Source: an uncultured virus (IMG/VR IMGVR_UViG_3300031088_000740)
Lineage: Duplodnaviria; Heunggongvirae; Uroviricota; Caudoviricetes
Strand: one strand, 5' to 3'
Virus record (IMG/VR): IMGVR_UViG_3300031088_000740
Length of the DNA stretch: 64,000 nucleotides
Below the pieces are notes generated by a model that saw only the letters and a program-made list of their open reading frames with translations, did not search any database and was not told where the DNA came from. Both the position numbers and the translations under genes were made by a program. Positions 18,860 to 28,950 of this stretch are shown here, piece after piece. The number at the start of each line of letters is the position of its first letter. The first letter of the stretch is position 1.

Positions 18860-19534
18860 TTACTCGTTATCGTCGCTGTCAGGCTGAATCATCGGCTTGA
18901 TGGTACCGGAGTCATAAGCCTCTTCGGCTTCCTCGGTAACGATGACTCGATCCATACGGTCAAGCGCTTCCTGACCTCGGTAGGTGACACCAGCATCAGT
19001 CACACGAAGGTCGTTCGAGGGGAAGCCAATGGTGCTGACGATCTGGCTCTTGATGAGTCCGCTCTTCTTCCACTCATCGAACTCGCGAACCATGTCTACG
19101 AGCTTGCTCTGCTTGGTCGAGTAGGAATCACGACCAGAAACGACGAGATCCTGAACCTTGGCGTACGACTCAGATGTTGCCGTAAGGTCAGGGTAAGCTT
19201 CCTGAATAGCGGAGAACATCGAACCGGTGTCACCAGGCTCCATGTTGCCGTCGTAACGCCCCTGCACAGCCTCGCTCAGGATCTTGTTCAGCTTGTCGTT
19301 GCCCTTGTCAGCAACACCCAGCGACTCCGTGAACTGCGCCGTGTACTTGGAAAGCTCGTCCTTGTTGACCTTGTACTGAGCGGTCAGTGCAGCCTCACGG
19401 GAGATTCCCTCGTTGCGGACGGTGTTGACGGTGCTGAACAGCGAGATGATGAGGATGAGAACGGTGAGGATTGCCCCGCCGATAACAGCCCACTTGATGT
19501 ACTTAGAGCGGGTGGACGTAACTGCTGCACTCAT
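18860..19534 (-). CDS. membrane-anchored helical protein (LemA-like architecture)
   Basis: N-term TM; MFSAIQEAYPDL...YAKVQDLVVSGR. Confidence 0.65.
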   Translation of the reverse strand: MSAAVTSTRSKYIKWAVIGGAILTVLILIISLFSTVNTVRNEGISREAALTAQYKVNKDELSKYTAQFTESLGVADKGNDKLNKILSEAVQGRYDGNMEPGDTGSMFSAIQEAYPDLTATSESYAKVQDLVVSGRDSYSTKQSKLVDMVREFDEWKKSGLIKSQIVSTIGFPSNDLRVTDAGVTYRGQEALDRMDRVIVTEEAEEAYDSGTIKPMIQPDSDDNE

Positions 19535-19539
19535 GGTCG

Positions 19540-20970
19540 TTAGTTCTTTCTGTTGGTCTTGGTGAAGATGGTTTCGGTGAAGTGACGAACCGGGTCACGG
19601 AGCGAACCGGTCGTGATGTTCGCTACGGCAAAGGTGCCGCCAACTGCGAACAAGAGAAATAGTACCGCAGAAATCGAGAAGTAGCAAACCCAGACACCCG
19701 TACTCGGTCGCCACTCATCTGAGAGATAGGTGAAGCCGGTACCGGAGTCGTCAGCGTCCTTGGCGGACATGCTCACACGCTCGAACTGGTTCTCACCGAA
19801 AAGGATGCTTTCGATGGCACCATTTGTGTGCTTGATGGTCTCAGTTGCGACGTTGTATGACGGAGAGCCAACGAAGTTCTTGTCAATAGGAAGACCTTCG
19901 AGGTCACCCGAAAGCTGACGCAATAGAGCCTCGTTACCCATCGGCATTCCGGTGTAAGCCTTAGCCCAACCAACGACAGGGGTGCCATTCTTGATGGCTT
20001 CCGTCTGTGTAGTGTCCGTAGATGACGACTTGTGCTTCTCAACCCCCACAATAACGACAATCGTGTTCTTGGGCAGGGCATCACGACCTGCTTCGGGAGA
20101 CTGCCAGTAAGCGATCAGTGCGTTTCCGTAGTCTTCCGTGCTGCCAACAGCATCGCCATCAACAAAGACAAGTCGAACATCTCCCCGAAGTTCCGTACCC
20201 ACGGCACCATTGAGATCACTCAGTGAATTGGTGATGGCGTTCTTATCGATGCCCAGAACATCACCAGCGAAAGAAGCCTTCGAAGCCTTGTAGAAATCCT
20301 GGGTACCGGAAGCGATGGGAGGAAGAAGACCCTTTTCTTTTAGGTCATCGATCTTATCGGAGTAGCGCTTGAGAACAGTGTTCTCCGAGGCGAGGATGTA
20401 GTTCTTGTACGAGTTCACCTGAGTCGTACCACCGGGTGTACCTGCATCGATACGAGCCTTCGCATCGCTCCACAGCTTAGGCGGGGTAGTGACTCGCCCG
20501 CCCGGAATCTGTCGGCTGCGCCACTCCGGACCAGTCATCTGGTTTGCAGCGATGGTGTAGCCACCCAAAGTTGTATCGACGGTGTAGGTAGTCTCTTCCG
20601 TCGAGTAGGGGCAACGGTGATATTCGGTCCTGGTTCGATCCTCTTCGTGGTATCCATCACCAGAGCTATTCTTTACTCGTTCTGTGTAATGCACCGTATA
20701 AGGGTCGCAGTTGTACTCGTTACTGCACGAGCCATCTCGGGTGCAGGAGGTAACTGACGTGTTGGCAGCGACCTCATATCCGTTGTAGTACTCGTGGTAG
20801 GTCTGCTTGTCGCTCTTGGCAACTGCCATCACAACGGCATACGTAGGCAGCGGGATGAGAATGGCAGCCAGAGCCGCAGCAGCCCAAACGGTCAGGTGGA
20901 GACCAGATTTGAAGGCAACTACCGACGCAGCAGCAATTGCGATGAAGATGAGGGTGTAAAAGATGAACAC
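19540..20970 (-). CDS. membrane protein with Cys-rich extracytoplasmic domain
   Basis: Two N-term TM, CTRDGSCSNEYNCDPY...RCPY, YKNYILAS, C-term TM; likely GTG start 20970. Confidence 0.7.
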   Translation of the reverse strand: MFIFYTLIFIAIAAASVVAFKSGLHLTVWAAAALAAILIPLPTYAVVMAVAKSDKQTYHEYYNGYEVAANTSVTSCTRDGSCSNEYNCDPYTVHYTERVKNSSGDGYHEEDRTRTEYHRCPYSTEETTYTVDTTLGGYTIAANQMTGPEWRSRQIPGGRVTTPPKLWSDAKARIDAGTPGGTTQVNSYKNYILASENTVLKRYSDKIDDLKEKGLLPPIASGTQDFYKASKASFAGDVLGIDKNAITNSLSDLNGAVGTELRGDVRLVFVDGDAVGSTEDYGNALIAYWQSPEAGRDALPKNTIVVIVGVEKHKSSSTDTTQTEAIKNGTPVVGWAKAYTGMPMGNEALLRQLSGDLEGLPIDKNFVGSPSYNVATETIKHTNGAIESILFGENQFERVSMSAKDADDSGTGFTYLSDEWRPSTGVWVCYFSISAVLFLLFAVGGTFAVANITTGSLRDPVRHFTETIFTKTNRKN

Positions 20971-21152
20971 GAGTTGTGGTTCTCTCTGTAGTGACGAGTA
21001 TCGACAGATTGAGACTACATGAATACAGAGTAGTTGGCAAGTCTCAAACCTGAGAGTAGCTTCAATCACTGCAAAATAAAGTTACGCCGCTAGCGAAATG
21101 GGTGTAGCATGTAGCCGGTTTCGCCTAAATACACCAGACCAGGGAGGTCATT

Positions 21153-21590
21153 ATGTCCGTCAGTCAGGACAACACAGAAGACCGTGGCGCAAAGTACGCA
21201 CTAAAGAAGTTCTTCATCTATGCCACCTTTGCTCTATTTGGATACGTAACACTTGCTTCTATCGCGGCATCCAGCAACATTTTCCAGGCGGTCATCATGT
21301 CCGCAATTGTGTGGTTCGTGGTCATCTACGCATACCGCAAGAGAGATTTCCTCGGTCATTGGCTATCGACCGACCTCACTTTCAAACAGCTACTGCATGA
21401 GCGCAAGATGGCTAGCACAGCCTCGCCAGCAGTTCTCCCTAAAAGCGCCGTGCCCAGAACGCAGGTAGCTAAGCCTACGCCGAGAGCTTGGGATTACTCC
21501 GCAGCAGACAATGACTTCCTTCAGCCACTGTCAGCATCTGAAAAGGATGCCTTCTCTTCAATCGTAGAGGTGTATCACAAGGAGGCTTAG
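21153..21590 (+). CDS. two-TM membrane protein
   Basis: RBS ggagg; two hydrophobic segments. Confidence 0.6.
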   Translation: MSVSQDNTEDRGAKYALKKFFIYATFALFGYVTLASIAASSNIFQAVIMSAIVWFVVIYAYRKRDFLGHWLSTDLTFKQLLHERKMASTASPAVLPKSAVPRTQVAKPTPRAWDYSAADNDFLQPLSASEKDAFSSIVEVYHKEA

Positions 21591-21859
21591 TCAAGCTGGA
21601 AGAAGTTGTAGCTGTGATGAACCTCTACCTGCTGTTGCCTGCGCTCTAACACGGCGTTCTCCTTTGAGCGCGCGTAGAGGCAGCTATCGCAGATGTTGAT
21701 GACTATAGCCGTACCATCCATCGGATCGTATGAAGAGCCATAGTGACCATAGCTGACAAACTCGGTGCCGCCATAGGGCTGATTCTCTGCGTCTTCTAGC
21801 GCAGGTTCAAGGGGTCTATCACACCGAATGCACGGCAGTGTGGGGATGCTATCTGCCAC
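21587..21859 (-). CDS. small zinc-binding protein
   Basis: CIRC...GHYGSSYD...ICDSC. Confidence 0.65.
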   Translation of the reverse strand: MADSIPTLPCIRCDRPLEPALEDAENQPYGGTEFVSYGHYGSSYDPMDGTAIVINICDSCLYARSKENAVLERRQQQVEVHHSYNFFQLD

Positions 21860-21902
21860 GACGGTTACCTTCTCTCAGTACGAGTCTTAGAATACCTCTA
21901 TT

Positions 21903-22478
21903 CTAGATCGATACTTCCTGAACACCAGACTTCTGCAACATTTCCTCGATGCTTGCAAACTCAATAGCCCAGCGACCCATAAGGAACGCATCAACATAGT
22001 CGGTCGATGCCTTCTTGAGTTGAGCGCGAACCTTGGCACGCTCCTTACCCTTCTCAGGAACCTCATCAGCATGGACAACAAGCATGTCGGGCGGGTTGTA
22101 CCCAAACACCTGTGCGGCAGCGAGAGCGCCCGCAGCCTTGCCTCCAAAGACTCCTTCGAATGAACGCTGCCATGTTGCTGGGTTGAGGAACACTGTCTTT
22201 TCGATGAGGTTAGCCATACCCAAAGCATGAATGATGATTCCCTGCAACCGCAGTACTGGCTTGATCATGAACTGCTTGGATAGACCGTAAGGCACATCTT
22301 CGAAGATGAGGATGTCAACTTCATGACGTGCGGCGGTGTCGATGATTTCATCGACAAAGGCAAATGCAGTCTTTCCCCAAGAGTCGAACTCTTCTACGAC
22401 TTCACCCTTGTTGTCTACAACCGCGCATGCCGAGAATCTAGCTGCGAGGTCTACCGTCAGTACTTTTCCAATTGCCAT
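21903..22478 (-). CDS. RuvC-like Holliday junction resolvase
   Basis: VLTVDLAARFSACAVV, ILIFED, NPATWQ, DYVDAFLMG; likely start MAIGKV. Confidence 0.7.
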   Translation of the reverse strand: MAIGKVLTVDLAARFSACAVVDNKGEVVEEFDSWGKTAFAFVDEIIDTAARHEVDILIFEDVPYGLSKQFMIKPVLRLQGIIIHALGMANLIEKTVFLNPATWQRSFEGVFGGKAAGALAAAQVFGYNPPDMLVVHADEVPEKGKERAKVRAQLKKASTDYVDAFLMGRWAIEFASIEEMLQKSGVQEVSI

Positions 22479-22518
22479 AGCCGAACAGTAGCAAGATGTA
22501 AGGGTCGGTAAGCGTTTT

Positions 22519-23436
22519 TCAGAGCGCGGCAATAAGAGTGAGGTCGATATCGTTCTTGATGGCACCAGCGAGGGATACCAGAGGAACGCCGCTGTAGAGA
22601 ACCGGGCGTAGATCTGTAGCGCTGATACCCTCCCGTACCATATCCGCAATGTAGTCCGCGATGACGACATTTTGCTCATTAGCAGAATGCACGAGATGAG
22701 TGGCGATAAGCAGCCATTCCGCAAACTCTGTGCGGCTCATGGACACGCCGGAAGCACTCTCTGCATCAGCAACAGTATCTACGACCGTATGTAGCGAAGA
22801 CGAGAAGTTTCGGAAGGGACCGATGGTCTTGGCAGCCCGCGCGAGGTCGATGGGTGCAACTCCGTTACGGGTTGCTTTGTGAATCCATGCCTTGTAGTTC
22901 TGTGAATAGATAGTGGTGTCCAGAGCATCCGCAATCGGGATAACCAACTCAGCAGGAACCTCATCGGACGCATCATCTAGCCACATGTTCGCCACGTTGT
23001 ACATGGGCGTATCAAACGACCGGAACGACTTACTTCTGGCATGGTCAGAGTATGCGGGGTGCTCATCATAGCGAGCCACCTCACCATAGAAGGTCACAAA
23101 CACCTTGCGCCGGACAGGGCTGTCAACGAAGAAGGCGCTTTCCCAGAAGCTCTGGTTGGAAACCCAGCCCCGAGCAATCTTCATGGCACCCAGAATCGTA
23201 TTGGTCGAGTAGCTCTCGCTACTGTAAATGTGCCGACCGCTCTTCTTGGTGTTCTTACCCAATGCGGAATTGACGTAAGAGTCAATAAGGTCGCCCCGCC
23301 CAAGCGTATTGAAGGCATCGCTTACAGCATCATGGGATGGTACTCCCACGATGGTGTCATGAGAAAGCAGAACGGGCTTTACTGCACCGTAGCTATCCCG
23401 GTGCAGGAAAGCCGTCCACTCATCAGTAAGGCTCAT
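22519..23436 (-). CDS. hypothetical protein with C-terminal NDID module
   Basis: REGISATDL...IKNDIDLTLIAAL. Confidence 0.75.
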   Translation of the reverse strand: MSLTDEWTAFLHRDSYGAVKPVLLSHDTIVGVPSHDAVSDAFNTLGRGDLIDSYVNSALGKNTKKSGRHIYSSESYSTNTILGAMKIARGWVSNQSFWESAFFVDSPVRRKVFVTFYGEVARYDEHPAYSDHARSKSFRSFDTPMYNVANMWLDDASDEVPAELVIPIADALDTTIYSQNYKAWIHKATRNGVAPIDLARAAKTIGPFRNFSSSLHTVVDTVADAESASGVSMSRTEFAEWLLIATHLVHSANEQNVVIADYIADMVREGISATDLRPVLYSGVPLVSLAGAIKNDIDLTLIAAL

Positions 23437-23438
23437 CG

Positions 23439-23735
23439 TTAGTTACCGACTCGCTTGATCTTGCGATCAAACGCAGCAAGTGCGGAAGGCGAAAGGTTAC
23501 CGCCAACCTTCTTCGCCTCGACAACTGCTTCCGTGCGGGCAGCCGAAGATACCTTAGATGCCTCAGCACCGAACTTGTCGGCAGCGTTGAGCGCATCTTC
23601 TGCATTGGCAAAACCAATGAGAGGAAGAAGGGTGGAGATGTCAGTGCCCGACTCATTTGCAAGCACTGTACGAATCACGTTCTCGGCACGCTTGAGCGCC
23701 TTGGTGTCCAAATCGAACTTATCCATAGTGGGCAC
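23439..23735 (-). CDS. small helical protein
   Basis: RBS gaaagggg; upstream gene of an apparent operon. Confidence 0.6.
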   Translation of the reverse strand: MPTMDKFDLDTKALKRAENVIRTVLANESGTDISTLLPLIGFANAEDALNAADKFGAEASKVSSAARTEAVVEAKKVGGNLSPSALAAFDRKIKRVGN

Positions 23736-23799
23736 TGCCCCTTTCGTTGTTGGTTACATCTTGTCACACGATAGGCAGTTTACCAAATCCGCGTGTTTG

Positions 23800-24195
23800 T
23801 TACTCTTTGTCTTTCCTCGAATCGAGGATGGTATCGATAGCCCTTACCAAGGGAGTTGATGCAAGCCAGCCCTCTGCTTCTTCGGTGGAAAGCTCGTCCA
23901 GTGTCACTTTGGGATGTACTGGCATGTCCGACAAGCTATGAAGCGAATCGGTAAAACGATTAGTCAAATCCATCACCCTGCCGACCTTATAGAACATCGA
24001 TTCAGCGTTCACAATGAATGCCCGGACGTTCACCAGATGGCTGGTCTTCATTGAATCGAGAGGGTGGACTATTCTCTTTTTGTCAATCCAAAACTCACTC
24101 TGGAAAAGCACACGATAGTCGAACCTGCTATCGAAATGGGTGGCAGTAAGAGGTCTCTGCGTTCGCTCGACCCACACTGGTGCTTGAATGGTCAT
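23800..24195 (-). CDS. hypothetical protein (phage-like)
   Basis: W...LDSMKTSHLVNVRAFI...WLASTPLVRAI. Confidence 0.6.
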   Translation of the reverse strand: MTIQAPVWVERTQRPLTATHFDSRFDYRVLFQSEFWIDKKRIVHPLDSMKTSHLVNVRAFIVNAESMFYKVGRVMDLTNRFTDSLHSLSDMPVHPKVTLDELSTEEAEGWLASTPLVRAIDTILDSRKDKE

Positions 24196-24299
24196 GGAGT
24201 AAAACTACCACCTATCCGCCAACTAGTCCAGTTGACAAGTCAGGTAAGAAGGACTAGATTGTTCCTAACCAACTAAGAAGCTAGAGAACGGAAACGATA

Positions 24300-24764
24300 A
24301 TGGCTGAGATCTTCGACATGGACGAAGCTCCTACGGACGGCACCGTCATTGAAGTTCTCATCGACGACTATTGGGTACGCGCGTTCTGGAGCGACCATGC
24401 AGACGACATGTCCCCTTATGGTGCTCCCGGCTGGGCGGAAGAAGAAAGCCGCATGATCATGGACCCCGAAGCATGGCGAGAGCCTGAGGTGGAAGGGTAC
24501 GTAGATGAGTACGCGGAGGCAGAGGCTCGTTACCAGGAACACGAAAACGACAAGAAGCACGAGCGCCAGCTTGCCAACCAGATCAAGCGTGAGAAGACCG
24601 CTGAGAATCGACGAAACCTTGAATCAACTTACCGCCAGATGACAGGTCGAGATGTCAGCGGTGAGAAGATCAAGATGGTTGACCTCCGCAAGATGGTTCA
24701 GCAGGAATCACACAAACGGAGCATGGAGGCTCTGGGCAAGCTCATGCAGGGATTTGGTCTTTAG
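24300..24764 (+). CDS. hypothetical protein (APTDGT, DUF551-like N-terminus)
   Basis: MDEAPTDGTVIEVL; promoter TTGACA-17-TAGATT upstream. Confidence 0.65.
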   Translation: MAEIFDMDEAPTDGTVIEVLIDDYWVRAFWSDHADDMSPYGAPGWAEEESRMIMDPEAWREPEVEGYVDEYAEAEARYQEHENDKKHERQLANQIKREKTAENRRNLESTYRQMTGRDVSGEKIKMVDLRKMVQQESHKRSMEALGKLMQGFGL

Positions 24765-25750
24765 CTTGCGAATCCATCCATGATCTTGGAGTTGTGAACG
24801 TCATCAACAGCGTCTCGCACAGATGCAAACGTCGTTGTGCTTCTGATGCTAGCTAGTTCACCATCGGAAAGCTTGTTGGTCTCGACAGCAAGAAGCTGGA
24901 CTGACTCATCGCCCGAGTTCCTGGCAACCTCAGCAATAGCATCTGATGGCGCATAGGAGTTAGCGATAAGCTGACGCTGAGCGACCACTCTGAGTCCGCT
25001 TGCACCGTCAATCTTTCCCGAGAAGGCAATGGCTCGGAGATCGAATTCAGCATTCTGCCCACCAGCTAGCTCGGTAAGTTCAAATACCTCTTCGTGCGAA
25101 AGCTCTGCAATCTCGTCCTTGCTCTGTAGCTCTTGACCTAGAACCCTCCACATGTTGCGAGCGTTGAAAGTGCCGGGGTCGGACTCGTTGTATAGTGTTG
25201 TCGCCTCGGTCGTATCCCAGTAGTCAATTACAGCATCAGGTGACATTGGCTCGCTTGAAGACATAACCCAGGCTGGTCGTGCAACCAAATCATCAGTCCA
25301 CTCAACTTCATCAGCCTTGTACTCACGCATCAAGAATGCCTCGATGTCATCGGCATGATTCTGTACGTAGTCGTACTTCTCCTGATCGTTCATCGACTCC
25401 ATTGCGGGTACATAATCAGTGAGCCATCTGGTCGAATCTACTTCGACACCGTAACCAGTAGCGTTGTAGACGATCTCTCCCTCTTCGTCACCTTCGTTGG
25501 TGTAGATGTTTCCGCTAGTGATGTCCTGGTCATAACCAACACCATCATCCTCTCCAAAAGTCCACTCATCGCCTAGTCCGAGAACGATAGGCTCTCTTGC
25601 GAGGACTTCATGACCGCTGTACTTGCTACTTGCTCTGGCAATAGGGATAAGAGCAGATCGAACCGGCTCGTTAGCACCCTCAGGGTTCTTCCACACCTGG
25701 GTCATCTTGCCGTTCTTGTCAACAATTGGGGTCTTGATCTTGCCAGCCAC
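24761..25750 (-). CDS. DKNGK-tagged acidic protein #3 with C-terminal helical repeats
   Basis: MAGKIKTPIVDKNGKMTQVWKNP. Confidence 0.8.
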   Translation of the reverse strand: MAGKIKTPIVDKNGKMTQVWKNPEGANEPVRSALIPIARASSKYSGHEVLAREPIVLGLGDEWTFGEDDGVGYDQDITSGNIYTNEGDEEGEIVYNATGYGVEVDSTRWLTDYVPAMESMNDQEKYDYVQNHADDIEAFLMREYKADEVEWTDDLVARPAWVMSSSEPMSPDAVIDYWDTTEATTLYNESDPGTFNARNMWRVLGQELQSKDEIAELSHEEVFELTELAGGQNAEFDLRAIAFSGKIDGASGLRVVAQRQLIANSYAPSDAIAEVARNSGDESVQLLAVETNKLSDGELASIRSTTTFASVRDAVDDVHNSKIMDGFAS

Positions 25751-25774
25751 TGTAGCTCCTTATCGCTTAGGTAC

Positions 25775-25796
25775 AGAGTACAACCATGCGGAGACA
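25775..25796 (-). promoter_or_regulatory. TGTC-N12-TAnnnT promoter motif
   Basis: TGTC tccgcatggttg TACTCT. Confidence 0.65.
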
Positions 25797-25872
25797 TACC
25801 TTGACCTAAGTTGACTTTGTAACCAATATGCATTACAGTTACACTGAATCTATAGTCTCGAAAGGAGTTGAC

Positions 25873-26196
25873 ATGGGAAAGAAGAGAATCGGAGCACCCG
25901 GCATCATTGCCGTCGAGCGAGGACTCATCAAGGTGAAGAAGATCACCCTTGATAAGGACTATCCTGACATCAAGGTATGGACTATCACTGTCGCTTCCCG
26001 TCAGGTGGAAAGCTCCGTCATCTACCAGGAGTTTCCTTCTGTAGTGTTCGATAACACCGATTACTACGCCCCTATAGACACAACGAGAGGGGAGCGAATC
26101 ACTACGGTTCACTTCGATCTGCCAGGTAACTCATTCTGGCATTTCCTCGTTCAAAGAGATAAGGACGACCACACGGTAATTGCTATACGTCACTAG
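25873..26196 (+). CDS. hypothetical protein
   Basis: RBS aaaggag before MGKKRI; TTGACT-17-TACAGT promoter. Confidence 0.6.
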   Translation: MGKKRIGAPGIIAVERGLIKVKKITLDKDYPDIKVWTITVASRQVESSVIYQEFPSVVFDNTDYYAPIDTTRGERITTVHFDLPGNSFWHFLVQRDKDDHTVIAIRH

Positions 26197-26234
26197 CCGA
26201 ACAATGCTAGTATCGCCGCAAAGGAGCATCTATC

Positions 26235-26516
26235 GTGCAGCACTATTTCTCGTGGCAACTCACTCAGCCTGACCGCTTCGGTAACCTTTCGTTGTTCAAC
26301 GCGGGGTCATCTACTGCATACAATGTCAGGGTAGAGCCAGACAACAGTGCCCGTATTGAGCCACGAAGTTTCTACCAAAATGAGATAGCTGCCAACAACA
26401 CCAGTGACAGACTAAAGGTTGTCCGCGAAGGAGCAGCCAAGTATCCCAGCATTCGAATTATCTGGTCCGACAAGGACCGTAACGCACACTCAGTTGTGCT
26501 TGAAGTCAAAATCTAA
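26235..26516 (+). CDS. hypothetical beta-rich protein
   Basis: RBS aaggag; LFNAGSSTAYNVRV. Confidence 0.55.
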   Translation: MQHYFSWQLTQPDRFGNLSLFNAGSSTAYNVRVEPDNSARIEPRSFYQNEIAANNTSDRLKVVREGAAKYPSIRIIWSDKDRNAHSVVLEVKI

Positions 26517-26527
26517 CAAGGAGAGAA

Positions 26528-26851
26528 ATGCCAAAGCGAGACGTAACTTTCGATCAGCCTGTCAAGGCAGAACTTGTCATTGAGTTAGAGAACGGTGTGA
26601 AGCTACCCGCGACACAAGAGAATCTCCAGAAGTTTGGGTATGTTGATGAACTAGCCGTCTACTGCAACTTCCGCGATCATCTGTACGCTCTCGCTGCTCT
26701 TGAAGGTGGAAATGAGCTTCCTGAACTGCTAGTTGCCATTCGTCATATCGCGGAGCTTGCAATTACCGCTCCGAACCTACTCAACGATTCGGGCGCTCAG
26801 CATTCGAACGACACTGTGCGGCAGTACATTCGCGGCGAAAAGAGCATCTGA
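26528..26851 (+). CDS. hypothetical protein
   Basis: RBS aaggag; operon position. Confidence 0.6.
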   Translation: MPKRDVTFDQPVKAELVIELENGVKLPATQENLQKFGYVDELAVYCNFRDHLYALAALEGGNELPELLVAIRHIAELAITAPNLLNDSGAQHSNDTVRQYIRGEKSI

Positions 26852-26853
26852 AA

Positions 26854-27174
26854 ATGATCAGTCATACTGAAATCCCCGTCAATGAACTCGCGGAAGAGCA
26901 TCTCGAACGCAAGGTAGATAGCATCTCAGCGGCAAAGCTCGTCGCCTGGCCGCACTACAGGCTCATCACCCCGTTCTTCGATGAAGACATCGTGACCAAA
27001 GAACGCCGTCCTAACGGACTGTCTGGCGCGACAATTCATAGCTTCAATCACCGCAAGGACGGCAAGACGACCATTCGTCTTAGTCGTGATGGCTATAAGG
27101 ACGCAAACAGCTTCGTATGTGCACCAGATGCGGTCATCAGGCTTCAGGTAGATCCGCCGACACGCCCGGAGTGA
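26854..27174 (+). CDS. hypothetical protein
   Basis: Starts 2 nt after the upstream stop. Confidence 0.55.
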   Translation: MISHTEIPVNELAEEHLERKVDSISAAKLVAWPHYRLITPFFDEDIVTKERRPNGLSGATIHSFNHRKDGKTTIRLSRDGYKDANSFVCAPDAVIRLQVDPPTRPE

Positions 27175-27287
27175 ACTCGATTTGACGACATAGCGATAGC
27201 GATGTACTGTAGTTCTTGTAGCCAAGCAAAAGTTTGACTGCCTCACAATTTATCCCCCGTTAGAAACAACGAAAGGTAACACACATC

Positions 27288-27494
27288 ATGGCGACCACCA
27301 CTTCCACCAAGAAGATCACCATCCTGAAGACCGCCGAGAAGACCGTCGAGGCTGAGTTCTACACCAACGCCAACGGACGCGACTACTTCGAGGTCATCAA
27401 GAACAGCGTTCCCACCCAGACCTTCATCGATGTCGCTGAGGGTGCTTCGTCCAAGGACGTGGCTGCTGCCTACGAGGCTGGCGCTCTGGTCTAA
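27288..27494 (+). CDS. small protein, probably highly expressed
   Basis: Strong C-ending codon bias; TTGACG-17-TACTGT promoter; RBS gaaagg; terminator 27510-27545. Confidence 0.7.
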   Translation: MATTTSTKKITILKTAEKTVEAEFYTNANGRDYFEVIKNSVPTQTFIDVAEGASSKDVAAAYEAGALV

Positions 27495-27556
27495 CCCAGC
27501 AACGGAAAAGCAACGGCTGGGAGCCACCTAACTCCCAGCCGTTGCTCGTTTAAGCG

Positions 27557-28009
27557 CTACATCCGTGCAACCTGCAAGCACGACCTCACAGACATCAGAA
27601 TGATACCTAGCTGATTCCTACCCCGGGTGGATGTCTTGGTTGAGTCACCCCAGATGTCATCACCCCAACTATTCGTTTCAATGAGAACAGCGTCTTTGGT
27701 ACTGAGTAGCTTGTCTCGGAACGGGTTGGTCTCAAACTTCTGAGCTACGATAAAGCTCATCACCTGAACCGCAACGCCGTCATCCCAATTCTCTCTAATG
27801 GGTACTGCTCTGGTTCGTCCAAACGTCTTTGCCTGCTGCGGGCTGTCCGCCAGGCGAATAATCTCTCGATACTCGATATCATCAAACTTGGCAGCCTGGA
27901 AGGCATGCTCATTAGTAGGGTAGACAACGCCGTCATACTCTACGTCTCGATAGGCAAAGTTCGAGAGGAATGAGTACTGTCCGGAGAAGCCTTTGATGAT
28001 ATCGGTCAT
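27557..28009 (-). CDS. NADAR (YbiA-like) family protein
   Basis: FLSNF, YPTNEHAFQAAKF, AKTFGR, LLSTKDAVLIE, DDIWG, GRNQLGIILM. Confidence 0.92.
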   Translation of the reverse strand: MTDIIKGFSGQYSFLSNFAYRDVEYDGVVYPTNEHAFQAAKFDDIEYREIIRLADSPQQAKTFGRTRAVPIRENWDDGVAVQVMSFIVAQKFETNPFRDKLLSTKDAVLIETNSWGDDIWGDSTKTSTRGRNQLGIILMSVRSCLQVARM

Positions 28010-28047
28010 AGTGGCGACACTATCTCACGACCGGTGACGCATTGCAA

Positions 28048-28842
28048 CTACAGTGCGGTTTTGTTGACGACCTCGAAGTGATGTGGGTTAGCAAGTAGGC
28101 TTATAGAGCCGACAGATTCGTACATGTTTACGTACCTCGTACAGCCGAAGAGATCGTACTTCTCGAATCTGTCTCGTCGCCAGTCTTTGACCGATTCGGG
28201 CGCACTATCGTTATCGTCATCAGCGAGAGACTCAGAGATGCTCATGGTGGGCAACAATGCCACCTCGTAAAGATAGAACTGTGCTGGTGCTAGACCTTCA
28301 CTTTCCCGTTCTCTTTTGAGGTCTTCCATACGAACGGTAGCGGCTTCCAGTGTTCCTAGATGAGTCAGCGGAGTGTCCTCCCCTTGGTGACCCTTCAACC
28401 TCTCATCCCAATCTTCGCGGATAGTTGTGTGGAACCATGTCGTATTGAGTACAGCTTCGTCGTCAAGGAATTCAAGAGCTTCCGGAAGAATGGATACCCC
28501 GGTTAGACCTTCGAGAGTTCCTGAACCACAGCCAGGGCACTCCCATGCCTGTGCACCTGAATTGATGAGTTCCTTATCGAAGTGATATTGGCACTGGAAG
28601 CAGTACGCTCCGGACTTACCCTCGGGGGCAATGGACCAAGGCGTGCCTTCATGGAAGAGCATCTCGCACTTCTTTCGGATCTCTTCGTAGAATACCTTCT
28701 CGTGGTTGTCTTCATTCACAGGGAAAGAAGGAGCACCAGGCGGAAGTCTCGTAATCATGGCGGGGTTGGGGTTCTTCCACACGCTTGTATGCTTGCCATT
28801 TTTGTCAATGACGGATGTGAGTACAGCCTTGCTCGATACCAC
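28048..28842 (-). CDS. DKNGK-tagged protein #4: zinc ribbon plus putative ADP-ribosyltransferase-like domain
   Basis: SVIDKNGKHTSVWKNP; CFQC..CPGC; WFHTT, THLGTLEAA..R, YLYEV, RYVNMYESVGSISL. Confidence 0.55.
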   Translation of the reverse strand: MVSSKAVLTSVIDKNGKHTSVWKNPNPAMITRLPPGAPSFPVNEDNHEKVFYEEIRKKCEMLFHEGTPWSIAPEGKSGAYCFQCQYHFDKELINSGAQAWECPGCGSGTLEGLTGVSILPEALEFLDDEAVLNTTWFHTTIREDWDERLKGHQGEDTPLTHLGTLEAATVRMEDLKRERESEGLAPAQFYLYEVALLPTMSISESLADDDNDSAPESVKDWRRDRFEKYDLFGCTRYVNMYESVGSISLLANPHHFEVVNKTAL

Positions 28843-28863
28843 GATTCCTCTTCCCTTGTCGCA

Positions 28864-28885
28864 ATTCTAACGCAAGCTCATGACA
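28864..28885 (-). promoter_or_regulatory. TGTC-N12-TAnnnT promoter motif
   Basis: TGTC atgagcttgcgt TAGAAT. Confidence 0.7.
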
Positions 28886-28950
28886 GTAAGGGGTGACAAT
28901 TGGGAACGTTCTGTACTATGCTTTACCTCCATACCTAGGAGTTCCACCAC

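Noticed and set aside
21903..22478. RuvC-like ORF as TnpB/Cas12 or transposase
   Set aside because: About 190 aa single RuvC fold, with no zinc finger, transposon ends or array; fits a Holliday junction resolvase.
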